IMG/VR virus record: IMGVR_UViG_3300022562_000410 | Reading direction: 5' to 3' (one strand) | Length of the DNA stretch: 20,000 nt | From: an uncultured virus (IMG/VR IMGVR_UViG_3300022562_000410) | Taxonomy: Duplodnaviria; Heunggongvirae; Uroviricota; Caudoviricetes | Part shown: in pieces, positions 16,201 through 20,000 of the stretch | Position numbering within the stretch: position 1 is the stretch's first letter | Layout: each line of letters starts with the position of its first letter | Notes under the pieces: generated by a model | The model's database searches: none | What the model was told of the DNA's origin: nothing | What the model saw: the letters and a program-made list of their open reading frames with translations, nothing else | Position numbers and translations under genes: made by a program

Positions 16201-19200
16201 CATCGCGGCTGCTGTTACAGCGCTGGGGCGGATATTCCGGTAAGGTCATGCCGTCGATGCAGGTTGGTCTTGACAGCGCCCTGCAAGCCAACCTGTATTC
16301 GGCGGCGATTAAGCTGATCTACCAGCAGGATGCCGTGCCATGGATGCATGCCACGCCCAAGGGGGACAGGGACGGCATCGAAATCGAGCTGGACAGAACA
16401 CCGACCCAGAAGCAGCTCGAAGCCTTCCAGCGTGAACTTGAGAAAAATCTCGGGCAGTTTGTTGGGTTCACGGTCATGCCGGATGGCAGGATCATGGTCG
16501 GGAACTACGATGAGAATGTATCCAGAGCGCAGTTTGTAGCGCGAGTGGATCGCTCGGCAGCAGTGCTTCCAAGTGGTACAATGACCTCCTTCAAGTTCGA
16601 GGGCGCGTATCGTGACGAAAGCCAGCAAGAAACTAAAGAACTTGCGCTACGCTGGGCAAGCGAAGCCGGATCACCGAATCTACAAGAGTGGATTTCAACT
16701 GCTCAGGCCCGTGCGGCAAAGGCCGCAGGGGAATTCTTCAGCTCCCTCCCAAGAAGCCACGCCGCCCGCCAAGCCTACGAAAACTCAGCAGTAACCCCGC
16801 TCAGCCTGCTGCCGGAGGAGTTCCAGCTCACTCCTCCCGACGAAGAGGCTGAGGCCGAATACAAGGACCCATTCTATTCAGCCCTTCTCCGAACGGTGGA
16901 GGAGGGTTCGCAGCGTGGTATGCCAAAGAAGGGAGCCAAGGCCATCAAGGAATGGCTGCTTGCTGCCCAGAGGAAAGGTCTGTTCAAGAAGGAGGAGTAC
17001 GACTGGCTGGACCTTGATCGTGTGTTCGAGGATTACAGCGAGGTCGGCGCTCCCGAAATGAAGCGTCAGGACCTACTCGATTACGTTAAGAGAAATCAGG
17101 TCAGGATTGAGGACTCCTTTGCTGGTGCGCCAGACCGTGCAGCGTTCCGTCCTTACGATATAGCCCTCGGTGATCTGCTGGATTACATCTATACCCTCAG
17201 TGCCACCAGCGGGATCAATGAGAGCGCCCTGAAGATGTGGGCCAACGGCACTGACGTCGGGGGCATAGAAGCTATCCCAGAGCATCAGCGTAATGAGCTG
17301 CTGAGGCGTCATGAAAAGTTCATCCAGCTTGAGGCGCAGTCCATCGAGCGCGGCCTCAAGACGGATCGACCGGCAACCAAGTATGAGGAATACAGTCTGG
17401 CCGGTGGTCGGAATGCTCGCGAACTACTACTGGTTGTCCCCGGTATTGGTGAGTGGGGCGATGGGCATATATGGAATCAGGACGGTCGAAAGCGGGCGGT
17501 TGTTCATGTCCGATTCAACGACCGGATCAACAGCGAGGGTGGGCGTACGCTGTTTATCGAGGAGGTGCAGTCAGACCGCCATCAGGCCGGGCGCAAGGAA
17601 GGGTATCAGGCTCCTGATTTGAGCCGGAAGAATAGGGCGCTCAGGGAGCAGTTGACGCGAGTTGGTCGAGGTATCGACAAGATTGTTAAGGAGAACAACA
17701 ATCTTGGATTTGATAACTCAGCAGAAGCGCAACTTTCACTTGTTTCGAGAATGAGGCATGTGGGACGTGGTGAAGGCATTAGGTTGCACAATACAGTCTT
17801 CGGGTTTGAGCTGAACACTACCGAAGAAGCCGCGCAACTTGGAGACCTGTTATGGGAAGCCAAGCGCCTTCGCCGCCTCCTTGATGATGTGGAATCCCAG
17901 CAGCGTATAGGCGTTCCACCAACGCCCTTTATGAAGACCCAGACATGGGCCATGGTGGCGATGAAGCGCATGATCCGTTACGCCGCTGAGAACGGCTACG
18001 ATGCCGTGGCATGGACGCCGGGAGATGTTCAGAATGAACGCTATGGATTAGAGCGCTCGATAGATGCCATTAGATATAAGCCAACGGAAGGGTATCTCTA
18101 CATCGAGTACTCCAATGGCAATGAGGATGTGGAGGAGCTTAGCGCGACCGAGATAGAAGAAGGAATGGGCATTGCAGGGCAGGTGCCAGAATGGATGCGG
18201 ATTGAGATGTCCAGCAGCATAGATCAAGCTCACCAAGATGCTGAATATTATTACGAACCAACCCTTCTCAAAGACACAGACTATATCGGCGAGGTGGCTG
18301 ATCAACAAGGATTTGACCAAGAAGATTATGAGCCGGAAGGCTACGTCATCATCAACAATAGTGGGGACGTCGAGCGCACGTATGATGGTCAGATCGAGTG
18401 GTTTGAGGATGAGGAGGAGGCTCGCAAATGGGCGCTGGAAAAGGTCGAAGCGTCTGATGACGGTTTAATCATCTGGGGTGACGAGGAAGACAAGGTCGGT
18501 GGTGAAGGGATGCGCGGCTTCTATGATGACATCCTCGTCAACGAGGTGCAGAAGTTCGTCAAGAAATGGGGCGCTCAGGTAAGACCGTTCGGTACCGCCA
18601 TCGACACCGAGGAAACCTTCGGAGATGAGATCGCCGGGGATATCAGCGATGAGGCGCTGAGGGTGGCTTTCGAAGAGAACCAGACGGTAGATATGGAAGG
18701 CAACGCATGGGGGTTGTCCTTTGAAGGGCCGGAGGGGGTACATCTGCTCAAGATGACGCCTGACTTGGTGGAGGCCGCGATGGGCGGTTTCCCGCTGTTT
18801 TCTCTGGGGCCGGACGCTAAACCCAGCGATCAGGCCCGCGCTCGCGAGCACGCAGAACGCCTCTATAACCGCCCCGACTGGACCGTGATCAACAAGGAGG
18901 TTGATGCCTCCGTGGCTGGAGCCGTCACACCTGAAGAGATTCAGGACGCCATGGAAGAGTTCACGCTCATGGGCACCATGAGCCGGTACTTCCGCAAGTG
19001 GTTCGGCAACTCCCAGACGGTGGACGCCTTCGGCCAGCCGATCGTTTTTTATCATGGCAGTGGCGAGGGCATGATTGGTCGATTCCTGCCTAATCAGAGG
19101 GGTCAAATCTTCGTTTCCACCAACCCGGCCTTTGCTGGCGCATTCGCCGAGGTAAACTCTATGACCTATGGCTGGTCGGTGGACGAAGAGGACCCCAATT

Positions 19201-20000
19201 ACACTCGCGCAGCTCCGACCATCTACCCTCTGTATGTTCGGGCCAACAAGATATTTGACTTCCGTAACAAAGCGATCCGGCGCAGCTATTCCCGCTGGCT
19301 GCAACAGAACAACATCTACTCAGGAACCCGGCTGAATCAGGAACTGGCCAACGTTCAGAACGGCGATTGGGAGACGATCGAGAGGGGCGCTGTTCAGGCC
19401 TTCATCAAGGAGCGTGGCTACGATGCGTTCTACCTGATGGAGCAGGGGTCTCTGAACCTTGGCTTGTTCGATCCCAGAAACATCAAGTCGGCAGTGGGGA
19501 ACGCCGGGACCTTCCTGAATGGCACCGCAGACATGCTGCTGTCACTGGACCCGAACGAGGTGGGTAACGAGCTGAGCCGTCGCCTTAATCTGTACCAGTT
19601 GCTGGCTCATCTGCAGAAGACCACCACTGCCGATTCCACCTTGAAGGCGGTGCGGGCGCACATCAATGAAGGACTGGATAAGGGCCTGTTCGATCGTCGC
19701 GCCCTGAAGGCCCTGTCCGGCAAGGAAAATAGCGGAGCTGAGATCATACGAAAGATTAAGGCCTCGATCCGTGCCGGTGCCCCGATCACTGCGCGAACAG
19801 CGCTGTCACGCACGGTGGTCAACAACGAGGTCAACCGCATCATTCAGCAGGAAGGCTGGCAGAATCCACCTGAGTTCGAGGTGGTGACTGACCATCGTGG
19901 CCTGCCGCCGCATATCCGGGCTGAAGTCGAGCGCTACGGTTATGAGCGCCGGGTCGAGGGCTGCGTCGATCCGTTTACCGGCAAGGTCTATCTCGTATCC
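13290..20000 (+). CDS. Giant polyvalent virion-associated protein (>2237 aa, 3'-truncated by the window)
   Basis: Manual translation from ATG 13290 (preceded by GGGACAGG) finds no stop through 20000 (MDKDYSSF...GKVYLVS). Absent from the ORF track. Contains InPase-, ART- and MPTase-like motifs typical of phage polyvalent proteins. Confidence 0.93.
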   Translation, partial: MDKDYSSFAEDKTYTQETEAPPLTASAALEIPESSDYYSSFSSDIDYTKGPEPAQGAPGEEPSFLKNLVAEWGVGSGQLAQGIGQLMDDWLGWKSGAEFVRNAGQRAEEYWKGSIPEDEWNRIEKETQKNFMTLKDEGDWWNPMDWERGDMGLEGLLYMGMQSMPATVATMPIAGLGGKLGMAAISKIPGVSKLITTSKVGKLAEAAGGSAEAIKAGKRADKILNRIQGTLMGTTYGGAEGAISAGQTGYQINQQVDNMRFEDLLLKSDYARNVYEAHIAEGMDPEEAANQTREMVKEKARSDAMWKTMVTTSALGAPMGMFFSSVLLRTPWAKAFASGKVAGLVEGAAGEAAQETLQSAFEQYWQNEATQKYADKTIKLSDGVFEAALTGGIVGGVLGGAFGVAGTPTKAQAQREETRTQNLKDNLKVEVHSRLAASSLMQNYGKTPEQATEIITPIMQRYSETRNLVEAAADLKFLEMTGRTRERGLDNVGQAQPDYGDLDVSVEEEAGQERNGHTLKYPAGKINGTVGADGMNVDIVGPGTGNRIYIAEKLAPDGTFEQHKVLYGFENEEQAMDAFYSTWGRDDADNLGNLTEVNNQELNDALARWTRDYGTELGPATDEPLTPEEDLALRKDEDLQVGIEDVQSQLDYVQNEDGSYPTEAEPLLNRLKVLQEEKQRRINSGEWQQEAGVEQPVEQGEQGSQPEGENQATTQVSEEAPRGTEGGETPLSLREGGRTMRGPYPERIRPSEAAGAGERAVDVDFLHLSREPDLQVLKGEKASTSAVRRTRAKVGREATANRVYIYAQQEKAMGGRSVSGNESVVSRASDQVYSGTATNLYDFDADPLNLLQGAKMPSESMEAAILKAGYDGWYYEKFPKIHGGMGVILNKDVAAMYHGRAQKVKELLREPSMFQHLVAWETIPGSASPFAAATSLLTPAEAQVLNEKLLLGVVIQKDLRSDMLASAMGLPSRLLLQRWGGYSGKVMPSMQVGLDSALQANLYSAAIKLIYQQDAVPWMHATPKGDRDGIEIELDRTPTQKQLEAFQRELEKNLGQFVGFTVMPDGRIMVGNYDENVSRAQFVARVDRSAAVLPSGTMTSFKFEGAYRDESQQETKELALRWASEAGSPNLQEWISTAQARAAKAAGEFFSSLPRSHAARQAYENSAVTPLSLLPEEFQLTPPDEEAEAEYKDPFYSALLRTVEEGSQRGMPKKGAKAIKEWLLAAQRKGLFKKEEYDWLDLDRVFEDYSEVGAPEMKRQDLLDYVKRNQVRIEDSFAGAPDRAAFRPYDIALGDLLDYIYTLSATSGINESALKMWANGTDVGGIEAIPEHQRNELLRRHEKFIQLEAQSIERGLKTDRPATKYEEYSLAGGRNARELLLVVPGIGEWGDGHIWNQDGRKRAVVHVRFNDRINSEGGRTLFIEEVQSDRHQAGRKEGYQAPDLSRKNRALREQLTRVGRGIDKIVKENNNLGFDNSAEAQLSLVSRMRHVGRGEGIRLHNTVFGFELNTTEEAAQLGDLLWEAKRLRRLLDDVESQQRIGVPPTPFMKTQTWAMVAMKRMIRYAAENGYDAVAWTPGDVQNERYGLERSIDAIRYKPTEGYLYIEYSNGNEDVEELSATEIEEGMGIAGQVPEWMRIEMSSSIDQAHQDAEYYYEPTLLKDTDYIGEVADQQGFDQEDYEPEGYVIINNSGDVERTYDGQIEWFEDEEEARKWALEKVEASDDGLIIWGDEEDKVGGEGMRGFYDDILVNEVQKFVKKWGAQVRPFGTAIDTEETFGDEIAGDISDEALRVAFEENQTVDMEGNAWGLSFEGPEGVHLLKMTPDLVEAAMGGFPLFSLGPDAKPSDQARAREHAERLYNRPDWTVINKEVDASVAGAVTPEEIQDAMEEFTLMGTMSRYFRKWFGNSQTVDAFGQPIVFYHGSGEGMIGRFLPNQRGQIFVSTNPAFAGAFAEVNSMTYGWSVDEEDPNYTRAAPTIYPLYVRANKIFDFRNKAIRRSYSRWLQQNNIYSGTRLNQELANVQNGDWETIERGAVQAFIKERGYDAFYLMEQGSLNLGLFDPRNIKSAVGNAGTFLNGTADMLLSLDPNEVGNELSRRLNLYQLLAHLQKTTTADSTLKAVRAHINEGLDKGLFDRRALKALSGKENSGAEIIRKIKASIRAGAPITARTALSRTVVNNEVNRIIQQEGWQNPPEFEVVTDHRGLPPHIRAEVERYGYERRVEGCVDPFTGKVYLVS
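14781..15120 (+). other. Domain: inorganic pyrophosphatase-like (InPase), degenerate
   Basis: LDVSVEEEAGQER...KYPAGKINGTVGADGMNVDIVG...FEQHKVLYGFENEEQAMDAF...LGNLTEV follows the polyvalent-protein InPase pattern. Confidence 0.8.
15570..15970 (+). other. Domain: divergent ADP-ribosyltransferase-like
   Basis: FLHLS...RVYIY...NLYDFDADPL...EAAILKAGYDGWYY...GVIL; motif order parallels the ART domain at 18987-19547. Confidence 0.5.
16869..18806 (+). other. Domain: 'FYS...EVQSD...GYDAVAW...GMRGFYD' domain of phage polyvalent proteins, with insertions
   Basis: PFYSAL (16869), VHVRFNDR, LFIEEVQSDRHQAGRKEGY (17550), KRMIRYAAENGYDAVAWTPG (17964), GMRGFYD (18507), ending GFPLFS. Confidence 0.65.
18987..19547 (+). 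other. Domain: ART-PolyVal ADP-ribosyltransferase
   Basis: FRKWFGNSQTVDAFGQPIVFYHGS...IFVS...A..FA...IYPLYV...GYDAFYLME...FDPRNIKSAVGNAGTF closely follows the family signature. Confidence 0.88.
19800..20000 (+). other. Domain: probable N-terminal half of a zincin-like metallopeptidase (MPTase)
   Basis: W...PEFEVVTDHRGLP...VEGCVDPFTGKVYLVS matches the strands that precede the HExxxH/HExxH helix in polyvalent-protein peptidases; the catalytic motif lies outside the window. Confidence 0.6.

Noticed and set aside
14092..19843. Many short ORFs on both strands, including 15438-16037 (-) and 18465-19304 (-)
   Set aside because: All lie within the continuous 13290->20000 frame and look like shadows. 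Only 16612-16794 has independent support.
1..20000. CRISPR arrays, tRNA/rRNA genes, IS elements or alternative genetic code
   Set aside because: The window is almost fully coding under the standard code, TAA, TAG and TGA all act as stops, and no repeat arrays or transposase motifs were seen.

Overview
Co-directional (+ strand), tightly packed late region of a tailed dsDNA bacteriophage. It is probably podovirus-like (a set of internal/ejection proteins, no tape-measure gene in this window), and two-component spanins indicate a Gram-negative host. Gene order: Thr/Gly/Asp-rich virion and tail-appendage genes (62-4694); a mosaic tail fibre and two lectin-like jelly-roll proteins (4704-8001); a lysis cassette of membrane protein, M15 peptidase endolysin, holin, i-spanin and o-spanin (8081-9839); a hypothetical gene; and three putative ejection proteins (10391-13255). 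The last feature is missing from the ORF track because it has no stop codon in the window: one uninterrupted reading frame from ATG 13290 past base 20000 (>2237 aa), translated here by hand. It is a 'polyvalent' protein with a membrane/glycine-zipper N-terminus, a degenerate inorganic-pyrophosphatase (InPase) domain, a divergent ADP-ribosyltransferase-like domain, an unnamed domain, an EVQSD (possibly GNAT-like) domain, an ART-PolyVal domain and the start of a probable MPTase metallopeptidase. Four inter-domain boundaries carry the motif [L/F]-S-L (TPLSL, TPLSL, PLFSL, MLLSL), suggesting an injected, self-processing effector polyprotein. A small overprinted +1-frame gene may also lie inside it. 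Family assignments come from motif recognition by eye; no database searches were run.
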